64,000 bases of DNA, from NCBI GenBank assembly GCA_965223845.1, contig CBDCXR010000004.1, positions 3,488,001 to 3,552,000 on the forward strand. The letters run 5' to 3'. Source of the DNA: Planctomycetota bacterium. GTDB taxonomy: Bacteria > Planctomycetota > UBA8108 > SXIK01. Below the pieces are notes generated by a model. The model searched no databases. It saw only the letters and a program-made list of their open reading frames with translations, and had not been told where the DNA came from. Both the position numbers and the translations under genes were made by a program. Of the stretch, positions 18,526 through 27,842 are shown piece by piece (the stretch's first letter is position 1; each line of letters starts with the position of its first letter).

Positions 18526-19445
18526 CAGGACGTCGACCCCCGTCGGACGATCGATTTGCTCCTCGCGCGCGCGGCGAGCGCCGACGCGAGGATCGGTGCG
18601 ATGGGTTCGTCCGTCGAGAGCGGAACGAAATCGTACGCGACGGCCTCGGTCTTCTTCCGGAGCCCCTCGCAGTGCGCTTCGAGAAGCTCGAGGTAGCGAT
18701 CGCGCAGACGGCGCGGCTCGGTGAGGAGCTCGTCGCTCGTCTCGAGTCCGCGAAACAGTACGTTGGCGCCGAAGGGAAACGTTCTCTCGGCCGCATCCAG
18801 CGTCTGGATCACCATCGCATCGTGGCCGCGGACGTGAAGAAAATCGATCGCGGCGCTCAGCTCATCGAGCGAGACGAAGAAGTCCGAAATCAGGAGGAAG
18901 AGACAGCGGCGCGGGACGTCGTGCGCGATCTTCTCGAGGATCGGGGTCAGATTCGTCTTCCCCTGGGGCTCGGCACCGACGAGCTGGCGCGCGACGTTCG
19001 CGATCGTCACGCGCTTCGCGCTCGGGGGGACGAACGCGCGCACTTCGGTATCGAAGAGTGCGCACGCGATCGAATCGCGCTGCCGGCTGAGCAGATAACC
19101 GAGCGCCGATGCGGTGTACGCCGCGAGCTCGAACTTCGTCTGGGCGCCGGACCCGTAGGTCATCGAGGCACTCACATCGACCATGAGAACCGCGGTGATG
19201 TTGGTCTCCTCCTCGTACCGCTTGATGTAGTAGCGATCCATCCGTCCGAGCACCTTCCAGTCGAGATGACGGAGGTCGTCGCCGGCGACGTATTCGCGGT
19301 GCTCCGTGAACTCCACGCTGTACCCGTGCCGGTTGCTGCGGTTGCGGCCGGCGAGAAACCCGTTCACCAGACGGCGAGCCATCAGCTCGTGCCGACTGAT
19401 GCGGGCGATCAAATCAGCGTCGAAGAATCCGGCTCGTCGCGCCAT
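18525..19445 (-). CDS. DUF58 domain protein
   Basis: GYSVEFTEHREYVAGDDLRHLDWKV, KRYEEETN, VDVSASM, LISDFF; directly downstream of MoxR. Confidence 0.95.
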   Translation of the reverse strand: MARRAGFFDADLIARISRHELMARRLVNGFLAGRNRSNRHGYSVEFTEHREYVAGDDLRHLDWKVLGRMDRYYIKRYEEETNITAVLMVDVSASMTYGSGAQTKFELAAYTASALGYLLSRQRDSIACALFDTEVRAFVPPSAKRVTIANVARQLVGAEPQGKTNLTPILEKIAHDVPRRCLFLLISDFFVSLDELSAAIDFLHVRGHDAMVIQTLDAAERTFPFGANVLFRGLETSDELLTEPRRLRDRYLELLEAHCEGLRKKTEAVAYDFVPLSTDEPIAPILASALAARARSKSIVRRGSTS

Positions 19446-20505
19446 CGTATGTCACGGGGTGGGAGAAAGCGGGAGTATCGAGGAGAAGGCGGCAGACGAT
19501 GTCGTCCGCCGTGAGTCCTTCGCCCTCGGCGTGAAAGCTCGGAATGATGCGATGGCGAAGCGCGGGCAGGGCGACGTCGCGCACATCCCCGCGAGTCACC
19601 GCGTACCGGCCAGCGAGAAGAGTTTTCGCCTTCGCGGCGAGAAGAAGCGACTGCACGGCGCGCGGTCCCGCGCCCCAGGCGATCTTCTCCGTGACCCAAC
19701 GGCTCGCGCTCTCCTCCGGACGCGACGCGCGCACGAGTCGCACGGCGTACTCGGTGACGTGTCGCGAAACCCGGAGTGCACGAACGACGCGCTGCATACC
19801 CAGAATATCGCCCTGCGAAATCACCGGGTTCGGCGTCTCCGGTCGACCCGTCGTCGTTCGGCGAACGATCTCGACCTCTTCGTCGTGGCCGGGGTAGTCG
19901 ACGAGGATCTTGAGGAGAAAACGGTCGAGCTGCGCTTCGGGGAGCGTGTACGTCCCCTCTTGCTCGATCGGATTCTGCGTCGCGAGCACAAAAAACGGAT
20001 CGGGTAGCTCGTAGGCGTGACCCGCGACGGTTACGCGGCGCTCCGCCGTCGCTTCGAGAAGCGCCGCCTGCGTCTTCGGTGGGGTTCGATTGATCTCGTC
20101 CGCGAGGAGGACGTTGACGAACACCGGACCCTTTTGAAACTGAAACTGCCGGTGTCCCGTCGACCGGTTCTCACTGATCACCTGCGTGCCCGTGATGTCC
20201 GCCGGCATGAGATCGGGCGTGAATTGAATTCGCCCGAACTCGAGCGAGAGCGACGACGAGAGCGCGTGGATGAGAAGCGTTTTCGCGAGTCCCGGAACGC
20301 CCTCGAGGATGCAGTGTCCCCCCGCGAGGAGAGTGATCAAGATTTCGTCGATCACGCGATCTTGGCCGACGATCAGCTTCGCGACTTCCGTCCGAATGCG
20401 CTTCGCCTTGTCCTCGAATTGCTCCGCGATGAACTCGCTCGATATCCCGGGCGCGGACGGCGCGCGGCTCGAGAGCGGGAGTTTGCGGGCGGGGCGGTCG
20501 GTCAT
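19414..20505 (-). CDS. moxR: MoxR-family AAA+ ATPase
   Basis: LEGVPGLAKT, RIQFTPDLMPADITG, LLADEINRTPPKTQAALLEA, ATQNPIEQEGTYTLPEAQLDRF. Confidence 0.96.
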   Translation of the reverse strand: MTDRPARKLPLSSRAPSAPGISSEFIAEQFEDKAKRIRTEVAKLIVGQDRVIDEILITLLAGGHCILEGVPGLAKTLLIHALSSSLSLEFGRIQFTPDLMPADITGTQVISENRSTGHRQFQFQKGPVFVNVLLADEINRTPPKTQAALLEATAERRVTVAGHAYELPDPFFVLATQNPIEQEGTYTLPEAQLDRFLLKILVDYPGHDEEVEIVRRTTTGRPETPNPVISQGDILGMQRVVRALRVSRHVTEYAVRLVRASRPEESASRWVTEKIAWGAGPRAVQSLLLAAKAKTLLAGRYAVTRGDVRDVALPALRHRIIPSFHAEGEGLTADDIVCRLLLDTPAFSHPVTYDGATSRILRR

Positions 20506-20590
20506 CGCATCACGCGGGGGCTGAGTCGGAGGGACAAGGTTCGGGTCATCGGCGCGGGCGGGAGCGCGACGCGCGCGGGCGGCGCAGTCG

Positions 20591-21763
20591 TCAACGCTGG
20601 AACGCGGGCAGGCGCTGGTAGGGGATCTGAAGGATGAGGAGCGCGATCGCCGTCGAATAGATCACGCCGTAATCGCTCGTGTCATCACCGTAAAAGCTCC
20701 CGTCGGAGTTCTGAACCGCCGTGAGATACCGCGAGATGTCGCGGTAGTGCCGTTCCCAGCGCGGACCACCGCGGAGCCAAATGGCTTGCGCGAGATAGTA
20801 CTCGATGTACTCACCGTGGTTCTCGTTGCTCCAAATGTGTCCGGTGTCGGGAGCGATGTTGTTCTCGACAAAGCTGCGGATCGCCCGCATCTCGAGCGAG
20901 TCGTACTGCCCGGCGTGCCAGAGCGCGACGACCGCGGCACAGGTGACTCCGGCGCGGAACCGGTTGCTGCGAACGCGATACATCACGCGGCCGTCCGAGC
21001 GGGTCGAGTCGCGGATGTACTGGACACCACGGTCGATCATCCCGCGTTGGACGTGAAGCCCGACGTCGCGACACGCCCGGAGTCCGGTGAGCTCCGTCAC
21101 GACGAGCGTGCCTTCGTCTTCGTAATGATTCGGCACGTAGCCCCATCCGCCCTCCGGCGTCTGACTCCTCTCGAGGAGACGCACTCCCCGCTCGAGAGTC
21201 CGCTCGATACGACGCCGGCGATCCGGACGCCCTTCCTGCCCGTACACGGTGCTCAGAAACGTCATTCCGAACGCGTGCGAGTACATCGTTCGCTCCTCGC
21301 GCGTATCGGAGTCGGTGATGAGCCCGTTCGACTGCGACGAACTCACGAGGTACTCGGTAATCTCGCTGAGGACCTTCGCGTGCGGACCACGCGTCGGTGT
21401 GCTGCCGTTGGCAAGGAGAACGAGCCCGACGAGTGCGGTGTTTGCACACGGGTACCGGCCGCGTCGCGGACGCGAGCGGTTGCGCCACACTCCGCTCCCG
21501 TCGCGCACCCCGAGGAGGTAGCGGATGCCGCGGTCGATCGATCGCTCGACCGCCGGGGAAACGACCTTCGGGCCCTCCGTGCGAGGAACGAGTCCGTCGC
21601 GGGCCGAAGCTGAGCTCGACCCGCCGAGAGGCGCCGCGGTAACGAGCAGCGCGAGACTCGTCGCGATCGCACGTGTCGACGCACGCCGCACCGGAAGACC
21701 TCTCCCCCGTCGGGCGGAGCCACATTGGCGGGAGCGGGTCCCGCTCGAGACTGCGTTCTTCAC
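20591..21763 (-). CDS. Exported prenyltransferase/squalene-oxidase-repeat (alpha6/alpha6 barrel) protein
   Basis: GAGGA SD before GTG; Arg-rich plus hydrophobic leader; QW-like repeats SQSNGLI, SQTPEGGWGY, QNSDGSF; MYSHAF; C-terminal YSTAIALLILQIPYQRLP. Confidence 0.85.
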   Translation of the reverse strand: MKNAVSSGTRSRQCGSARRGRGLPVRRASTRAIATSLALLVTAAPLGGSSSASARDGLVPRTEGPKVVSPAVERSIDRGIRYLLGVRDGSGVWRNRSRPRRGRYPCANTALVGLVLLANGSTPTRGPHAKVLSEITEYLVSSSQSNGLITDSDTREERTMYSHAFGMTFLSTVYGQEGRPDRRRRIERTLERGVRLLERSQTPEGGWGYVPNHYEDEGTLVVTELTGLRACRDVGLHVQRGMIDRGVQYIRDSTRSDGRVMYRVRSNRFRAGVTCAAVVALWHAGQYDSLEMRAIRSFVENNIAPDTGHIWSNENHGEYIEYYLAQAIWLRGGPRWERHYRDISRYLTAVQNSDGSFYGDDTSDYGVIYSTAIALLILQIPYQRLPAFQR

Positions 21764-21900
21764 AGATTCCTCACGCCCACGGGGAAACTCGGCGACTCGC
21801 GCGCGGACTCATCCTTACAGTGTTCGAGTCGCTTCTCAATGTCGGACTTTCAGTGAAATCCGTGCGCGCGCGAGCCGCCGTGCGAGACGCCCGCTCGGCG

Positions 21901-24099
21901 CTACTGGCACGGCGAGGCTTCGCACCCGAGATCCGCGACCCCGAAATCGCAGCTCGGGAACGGGGGAGGCGGAGGCGGACCGGTCCCGAACAATCGGTTG
22001 AGGAGATAGATGGGGTCGGCGATGTTCACGGCCGCGTCGTCGTTCGCGTCCTCGGCGTCACGGCAGCCGGACGGGGCGCCGTCGCCGAAGAGGCCGTTCA
22101 GCGTGAAGATCGGGTCGGCAATATTGAATTGCGTGTCGGAATTGGAGTCTCCGCGAAGGAATCTCAGGTCGACGTGAGTCGATGCGAGCTGAACCGTCAC
22201 TTCTTCCGGCCCGCCGGGAATCTCCGCCCCGAACTCGTCGACGAATCCGAGCCGGAAGTTGTGATCGCCGCCGCCCTCGAACACCTTGACGACGATCGTA
22301 TGGAACCCCGCCGAAAGGTCGACGTCGCGCAGGTTTTCGAACGCGTCCGGCGTATCTTGATAGCTCCGGCCCTGCGCGCCGCGCGCAACCGCGTTTAGGT
22401 GGAGAGTCTCGCCGTCGAGGAGCACGTGCACCGCGTCGTCACTCGAAACCCCGAAGTTGACGACGATGTCGTCGGAGACCTCGAGGTACGTCACGGCGTA
22501 GCACATCACTTCGTCGACGTCGCCGTAGACGGCTTCGAAGTCGATGCGATCATCGTCGTCGTCGAGATCGCGCCATTCGATCCACGTCGGCGTGTCGTCG
22601 GGATTGCGCCCGAACGCGTCCGCGGCGAGCCCGCTGCTCGCCGCCTCTCCGGCATAGTCGGGAAAAATGGTCTCGCCGGCGGACGGCTGGATCTCCGACT
22701 CGACGATCTCCCCGTCGGCGAGGTAGTCCTTCACGATCTCTTCCTCGCCGGGGTTCGCCCCCCCGACCACGCGCGTAAACGGCCCGAGAACGAGCCAGTG
22801 CTGGATCGACCCGAAGTCGCTAATCGGTGCGGACGCGGCGGCGTCGACCGCGCGGGCGGGGCCGTTCGCCGAGAAGACGAAGTCGCTCCCTTCCTCGCTC
22901 ACGGCCCCCTCGAAGCGCGCGAGCCCGGTTCCGCCGGCCGTCACCCGGTAACTGAGGCTTCGTTCGTCGCCCGTGAGATCGACGGTCCACGCGATCGCGC
23001 CGCCGTCGACCGTCGCGTTTCCGCTCACGATCTCGACGCTCTCCCAGCCATCGGGGACACGCTCGGTCACTAGAACCGTCCCGGCCGCGTCGCACCCGTC
23101 GCCGGCGGCTCGCGGGTCCGAGAGCTCGAGCGTGACTTCGTAGGTTCCACCGTCTTCGTAAAACGCGGTCGGCGCGCCTTCGATCGCGATCGCATCGCCC
23201 CAGAGCGTCCGCGTCAGAGTCGCCGGCGCCACCGAGCAGCCCTCCCCGGCGACGATGGTCACGTCATCGATGAACGCCATCCCCTCGAACGGCCGCGGCT
23301 CGATATCGAAATTGAGCCCGAAGAAGAGACCGGCATTCGCTTCCGGCGCGAGCGTCTCTTCGGTGTGCTGAAGTCCGTCCTCGTCGACTACCGCGAGCTG
23401 AGGTGTGTCCGGCGGGTCGTCGCCGTCGGGCCAAATCGCCGCCGTGATGGTGACGGGGCCGCCGTCGTCGTCACCCAGCGTCCCGATCTCGAGCCAATAC
23501 TCTTCGCCCGCGACGAGCGGGAAGTCGGGAACGGCGAACGCGAACCCGCCCGCATCCCCTCCCGGCCACTCGGGGTGGTCGACCTGGTCGTGGCACGCAG
23601 TGAACTCCGAGATCGCGAGGAAGCCATCGGGAAAGAGCGGATCGACCTGCTCGAGGACCACTGAAACCTGGTAGCTCCGCTCGAGGCTCGAGTCGATCGC
23701 GTCTTGGTCTTCGAGGAATCCGATCCGCGAGCGCACCGACGCGCTGAGCTGGGTGACCGTCTCGAGGACGATCCGGGCTCGCATCTTGTAGTCGCGCTCG
23801 GTGAGCATGTCTTCGACGACCTCGGCGCGGAGCATGAACATGCCGATCCCGAACGCGTTGTCGGTCGTGAGCACCACTTCGCCGTCATCGACCATCGCCG
23901 TTCCGGTCGGGAGTTGGTCGCCGCAGAGCTCAACTCCGATCGGGAGGTAGAAGTCGCCGAGATCGCCGTCTTCGAAATCGTAGGAGAGCAGTGTCTCTTG
24001 CGCGGAGGCGACGGAGCCTCCGGCGAGAACGCCCGCCAACAGCCCCGCCGTAAGCACCAGCCCACCGAGGGCGCGAGCGCAACGCAGTCGCTGCGACAT
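21901..24099 (-). CDS. Secreted acidic multidomain protein (lectin-like beta sandwich, Ig-like, PA14-like) with a C-terminal dockerin-like domain
   Basis: AAGGAG SD; signal peptide; HWLVLGPF...SSDDAVHVLLDG...FHTIVVKVFEG (PA14-like); duplicated Ca-loop FLRGDSNSDTQFNIADPIFTL / DANDDAAVNIADPIYLL. Confidence 0.85.
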   Translation of the reverse strand: MSQRLRCARALGGLVLTAGLLAGVLAGGSVASAQETLLSYDFEDGDLGDFYLPIGVELCGDQLPTGTAMVDDGEVVLTTDNAFGIGMFMLRAEVVEDMLTERDYKMRARIVLETVTQLSASVRSRIGFLEDQDAIDSSLERSYQVSVVLEQVDPLFPDGFLAISEFTACHDQVDHPEWPGGDAGGFAFAVPDFPLVAGEEYWLEIGTLGDDDGGPVTITAAIWPDGDDPPDTPQLAVVDEDGLQHTEETLAPEANAGLFFGLNFDIEPRPFEGMAFIDDVTIVAGEGCSVAPATLTRTLWGDAIAIEGAPTAFYEDGGTYEVTLELSDPRAAGDGCDAAGTVLVTERVPDGWESVEIVSGNATVDGGAIAWTVDLTGDERSLSYRVTAGGTGLARFEGAVSEEGSDFVFSANGPARAVDAAASAPISDFGSIQHWLVLGPFTRVVGGANPGEEEIVKDYLADGEIVESEIQPSAGETIFPDYAGEAASSGLAADAFGRNPDDTPTWIEWRDLDDDDDRIDFEAVYGDVDEVMCYAVTYLEVSDDIVVNFGVSSDDAVHVLLDGETLHLNAVARGAQGRSYQDTPDAFENLRDVDLSAGFHTIVVKVFEGGGDHNFRLGFVDEFGAEIPGGPEEVTVQLASTHVDLRFLRGDSNSDTQFNIADPIFTLNGLFGDGAPSGCRDAEDANDDAAVNIADPIYLLNRLFGTGPPPPPPFPSCDFGVADLGCEASPCQ

Positions 24100-24608
24100 G
24101 GATACTCCTTTCCGCGCGCGACGACCGGCGGTGGCTCTTCGAAAGCCCCGCCGGCGACGGACCTCCGCGTCCGAGTCCGATTCCGGACTGCGCGAAGTAC
24201 CCGACGCACGTCCAAACGATCACCGCTCCGCCCGGTGACGCTCACCGCGCGGACTCCCATTGCGAGCGGCTCGGCCGCTCTTCCCACGGAACGCGTGGGC
24301 CCGGCTTCCAGTGTACCGCGCAGGAATCCGGGTTCTGGGCGCGGATTTCTCGCCGGCGATCGGCGCTCGGCCCTCCGACTCGGGGCCCGAGCACTTCTTG
24401 AACCCCGAGAGATAACGCCCGGGCGCCGGGGGGCCTCGGTTTCGTCGTCACGAGGGGAGCGGCTGATGTTCGGGCGACCGGGGATCAGCGAGCGACGTCG
24501 GCTCGGTCAATGCCTCCGGCGCATCGCCATAACCCTCAGCAGATTAGCCGCTTAAGGCTCCGCCGGTCGATGCCGTGCGGCCGCGGGGCGTCGCAGCCCA
24601 CCCACGGT

Positions 24609-25391
24609 TCAGAACCGCTGCCACTCCGGCTTGTTCTCGAACACGAAGCGGTAGTACTCCTTCCGCTTGAGCTCGCGGGCGGCGCCCTCGTCGAGGAAGA
24701 CCTTGACGACGGGGTGGAGCTGGAGGACCGAGGCCGGGTTCATGGCGCTCACGGGCCCCTCGAACGCCTCGGCGATCGCCCGGGCCTTGTGCTCGCCGAA
24801 GGCGAGGAGGACCACCTCTCGCGACTCCATGATGGTCCCGACGCCCATGGTGATGCAGTGCCTGGGCACCTCGTCGGGGGAATCGAAAAAACGCGCGTTG
24901 TCGCGGATCGTGTTCTCCGTGAGCGTCTTGATCCGTGTACGCGACCGGAGCGACGACGACGGCTCGTTGAACCCGATGTGGCCGTCCGATCCGATCCCGA
25001 GGATCTGCACCTCGATCCCTCCCGCCTCGGCGATCGCCCACTCGTACTCCTCGCAACTCCGCGGGATGTCTTTCGCGAGACCGTCCGGCACGTGAGTCTT
25101 CTCGCGAGGGATGTTGATCCGGCGAAACAGATTCTCATCCATGAAGTGCCGGTAGGACGCCGGATGGTCGCCCGCGAGTCCGACGTACTCGTCGAGGTTA
25201 AACGTCTGCACATCCGCGAAGTCGATCTCCCCCGCGTCGTAGAGCCGAATCAGCTCGCTGTAGAGGAGAAGCGGAGTGCTTCCGGTCGCGAGTCCGAGGA
25301 CGCAGCCTGGGTTCTCGCGGATCTTCTGCGCGACGTAACGAGCGGCGATGCGACTCGCCGCCGCGGGTGTGTCTTGAAGAATGATTTCCAT
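24609..25391 (-). CDS. nagB: Glucosamine-6-phosphate deaminase
   Basis: VLGLATGSTP, FNLDEYVGL, LGIGSDGHIGFNEP, ITMGVGTI, PASVLQLH. Confidence 0.97.
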   Translation of the reverse strand: MEIILQDTPAAASRIAARYVAQKIRENPGCVLGLATGSTPLLLYSELIRLYDAGEIDFADVQTFNLDEYVGLAGDHPASYRHFMDENLFRRINIPREKTHVPDGLAKDIPRSCEEYEWAIAEAGGIEVQILGIGSDGHIGFNEPSSSLRSRTRIKTLTENTIRDNARFFDSPDEVPRHCITMGVGTIMESREVVLLAFGEHKARAIAEAFEGPVSAMNPASVLQLHPVVKVFLDEGAARELKRKEYYRFVFENKPEWQRF

Positions 25392-25394
25392 GGG

Positions 25395-26273
25395 TCAGTC
25401 GATATCGAATCCGAGCTGCCGCCGGAGATTCGCACGAACGTCATCGCGAAATCGATCGACGAACGCGAGAGTGTAGTCGACGAGATCGGGACCGTCCGGA
25501 TCGCAGACCGGCGTCAGATCGATCGCGTAAGTCACTCCGTCGGACGAGTCGACTCCGTGGGAGTCGAAATAGGTCGCATTCGCCCGCCACCGCCCGAGCG
25601 TCGCGAGATCGTAGCGTTTTCCGCCCGAGATCTGCGAATCGAACAGCGAGACGAGCGAGGCCGCGACGTTTCCGCGCGCGGACACGTCGAGCCCGACCTT
25701 GTCCTCGTCCGGCAGCCAATCGAGGTTCCGCCACACTTCGCATCCGTAGACGGCGCGGGGACGGTCGTTCGCGGGGAGCGATCGGATCGCCGCGACGAGA
25801 GGGACGAGGACGGCGATGTGCGAGGGATGCTTGTCCGCCGGGTTGTGAGTGTAGACCACGTCCGGACGCACGGCGTTCAAGATCGCGCGAAGATCGTCTT
25901 CGAGGGCCTTACTCCTCGGGTCCTTGACGACCGAGCTCGGGTAGTCGAGCTGCGCCATCACGGCGTACTCACCAACGTAGGCCGCCTTGCGCTGTTCGGC
26001 GCGGCGGACACCCGTCATCTCGTCGTCGGTGAGCTCGGCGTAGATCCCGGTGCGCGAGCTACCGGCACCGTTGGTACACGTGACGCCCGAGAACCAACGA
26101 TCCCGCCGGCCGTAGCACTCGGCGATCCCGTGATACGCCATGATCTCGAGGTCGTCCTGGTGCGCACCGACGCCGAGGTGCGTCGTGCGTGCGAGCGCAT
26201 CGGCTAGCGAGGAACCGTCGGGAATGAAGATGTCGGCCGTCGGGTTCCCGAGTGCGAGTTCACGTTGCGCCAT
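25395..26273 (-). CDS. PIG-L/LmbE family de-N-acetylase
   Basis: GVGAHQDDLEI (variant of AHPDD), RRAEQRKAA, YTHNPADKHPSH, YGCEVW. Confidence 0.88.
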   Translation of the reverse strand: MAQRELALGNPTADIFIPDGSSLADALARTTHLGVGAHQDDLEIMAYHGIAECYGRRDRWFSGVTCTNGAGSSRTGIYAELTDDEMTGVRRAEQRKAAYVGEYAVMAQLDYPSSVVKDPRSKALEDDLRAILNAVRPDVVYTHNPADKHPSHIAVLVPLVAAIRSLPANDRPRAVYGCEVWRNLDWLPDEDKVGLDVSARGNVAASLVSLFDSQISGGKRYDLATLGRWRANATYFDSHGVDSSDGVTYAIDLTPVCDPDGPDLVDYTLAFVDRFRDDVRANLRRQLGFDID

Positions 26274-26296
26274 GATCAGTGCGCTCCCTTCGGGCC

Positions 26297-27706
26297 TCAG
26301 CGCCGGAGAGCCGGCAGGCTCGCGGCGGCCACCGCCTGTCCGACGCGTCGACTCCGCTCGTCGGGGACGTGAAGCTCGACGGCCTCGGCGAGATCGGGGA
26401 ACTCGAGAGAAAGCACCTCGCGCGCCTTGGCGACGAGCGTTTCACCGCCGACGCCGGAGGTGACTCGACCGAGGATCAAGAGATGGGAGAAGTCGTAGAA
26501 CTCCGCGTAGTACGGAATCGTGTACCCGAGGTAAACGCCGATCGTCTCGAAGATCCGCATCGCACCGGGATCGCCCGCGGCCGCTTTCTCCTGGACGAGC
26601 TTCAAGCGCTCGGGCAGCGGAACATCGGCGGGGAATTCGAATCCGGCCGCCGGCGCCAGCTTGTTCACCGCTTGCTGCGAGAATGCCATCGCACCCACGC
26701 CCGGGTCGCCGGACCACTCGTCCGCCGCCGCGTCCGGCGCAAAATCGACCGGCGCAAACGCGAGCTCGTTGAGCCACCCGGTAATCGCGCCGTCGCGGTC
26801 GATGTATCCGACCGCCTCACTCGACCCCATCGCGATTCCGAGGACGCCGGTCGCCTCGAGCGACATCGCTCCGGCGAGGGCCGTCACGTCGCCGTCGTTC
26901 GCGACCTCGAGCGGAACGTTCCACTCCCGCTGGAGCCGGAGAAAGAGCGGCTTCGCTTGGCGCTCGAAGTCATCCGCCGACAGCCCGCGAAAGAGAGACG
27001 CGACCATCACTTGATTGTCGACGTAGATTCCGGCGGAGCTGCCACCGATCGCATCGACGCGCGGAAGATGCGCCGCCGCCTCCTTGAGGCCGCGTGAAAT
27101 CCTCGAGTGATGGTACTCGATGTCGGATTGCGTGGTCGGGTCCCACGGGATTTCGGTGCTGAACACCGGGTTTCCATCGCGCACGGCAGCGAGCTTGTAG
27201 TCACTCGCTCCGAGATCGAACCCGACGCGGCAGCCATCGAGATGGCCTCCGAGCGCAGACGATGCCCCGCGCTCCTCCGGAATCTCCTCTGGCGGACGGT
27301 GCACGACCTCGAACTCGTGGCCGTAGACGCGGCGGGCGATGAGATCGGCGTCGAAGGCTCGCGCGCCTTCGGCCGCGTACGCGCGCCTGAGGAGCTCCGC
27401 GATCGGCTCGGGTCCCGAGACGAAGAGGCGCCAGCCGCCGATCGCCCACAGCATGAACTTCACCGTGCGCTCGACGTAACGGTACGTATCGTCGTCGTGC
27501 TCGCTCCCCCACGGGAACACCGCGAGCTCGCGGCGCGCGACGAGTCCGGCGTTTCTTTCGAGCGCGAGAATCACGGTCTCGGACTCGCCGGTCGCGCGCA
27601 GGGCTTCCTGATATCCTCGCACCGCGCGGACCGCCGGGCAGAACTTCGGGTCGAGCTCGGGCCGAATGCCGGGAGTAGCGTCGAGAAGGGATCGTGTCGA
27701 AGACAT
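26297..27706 (-). CDS. ROK-family protein (putative sugar kinase) with an N-terminal extension
   Basis: GFDLGASDYK, IGGSSAG, ANDGDVTALAG, GIAMGSSEAVG, GWLNELAFAPVD. Confidence 0.85.
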   Translation of the reverse strand: MSSTRSLLDATPGIRPELDPKFCPAVRAVRGYQEALRATGESETVILALERNAGLVARRELAVFPWGSEHDDDTYRYVERTVKFMLWAIGGWRLFVSGPEPIAELLRRAYAAEGARAFDADLIARRVYGHEFEVVHRPPEEIPEERGASSALGGHLDGCRVGFDLGASDYKLAAVRDGNPVFSTEIPWDPTTQSDIEYHHSRISRGLKEAAAHLPRVDAIGGSSAGIYVDNQVMVASLFRGLSADDFERQAKPLFLRLQREWNVPLEVANDGDVTALAGAMSLEATGVLGIAMGSSEAVGYIDRDGAITGWLNELAFAPVDFAPDAAADEWSGDPGVGAMAFSQQAVNKLAPAAGFEFPADVPLPERLKLVQEKAAAGDPGAMRIFETIGVYLGYTIPYYAEFYDFSHLLILGRVTSGVGGETLVAKAREVLSLEFPDLAEAVELHVPDERSRRVGQAVAAASLPALRR

Positions 27707-27768
27707 GGCTCAGCTGCACGCTTATCCGCTCGGCTCTGCGATCACCCGACGGCGGCGAGCGGACGTGA

Positions 27769-27797
27769 ACCCTACGAGATGGACTGGAGGCTGTCAA
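27769..27797 (-). promoter_or_regulatory. Putative sigma70 promoter of the ROK-deacetylase-nagB operon
   Basis: TTGACA-17 nt-TAGGGT on the minus strand, ~60 bp upstream of the ROK start. Confidence 0.6.
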
Positions 27798-27842
27798 CGA
27801 ATGCCGAACGTCTCGCGCGCGTTCGTGCATCGCCTCTTCGCA

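Noticed and set aside
20591-21763. Squalene-hopene cyclase or terpene biosynthesis cluster
   Set aside because: Single short barrel, export leader, no DxDD motif, and no isoprenoid genes nearby.
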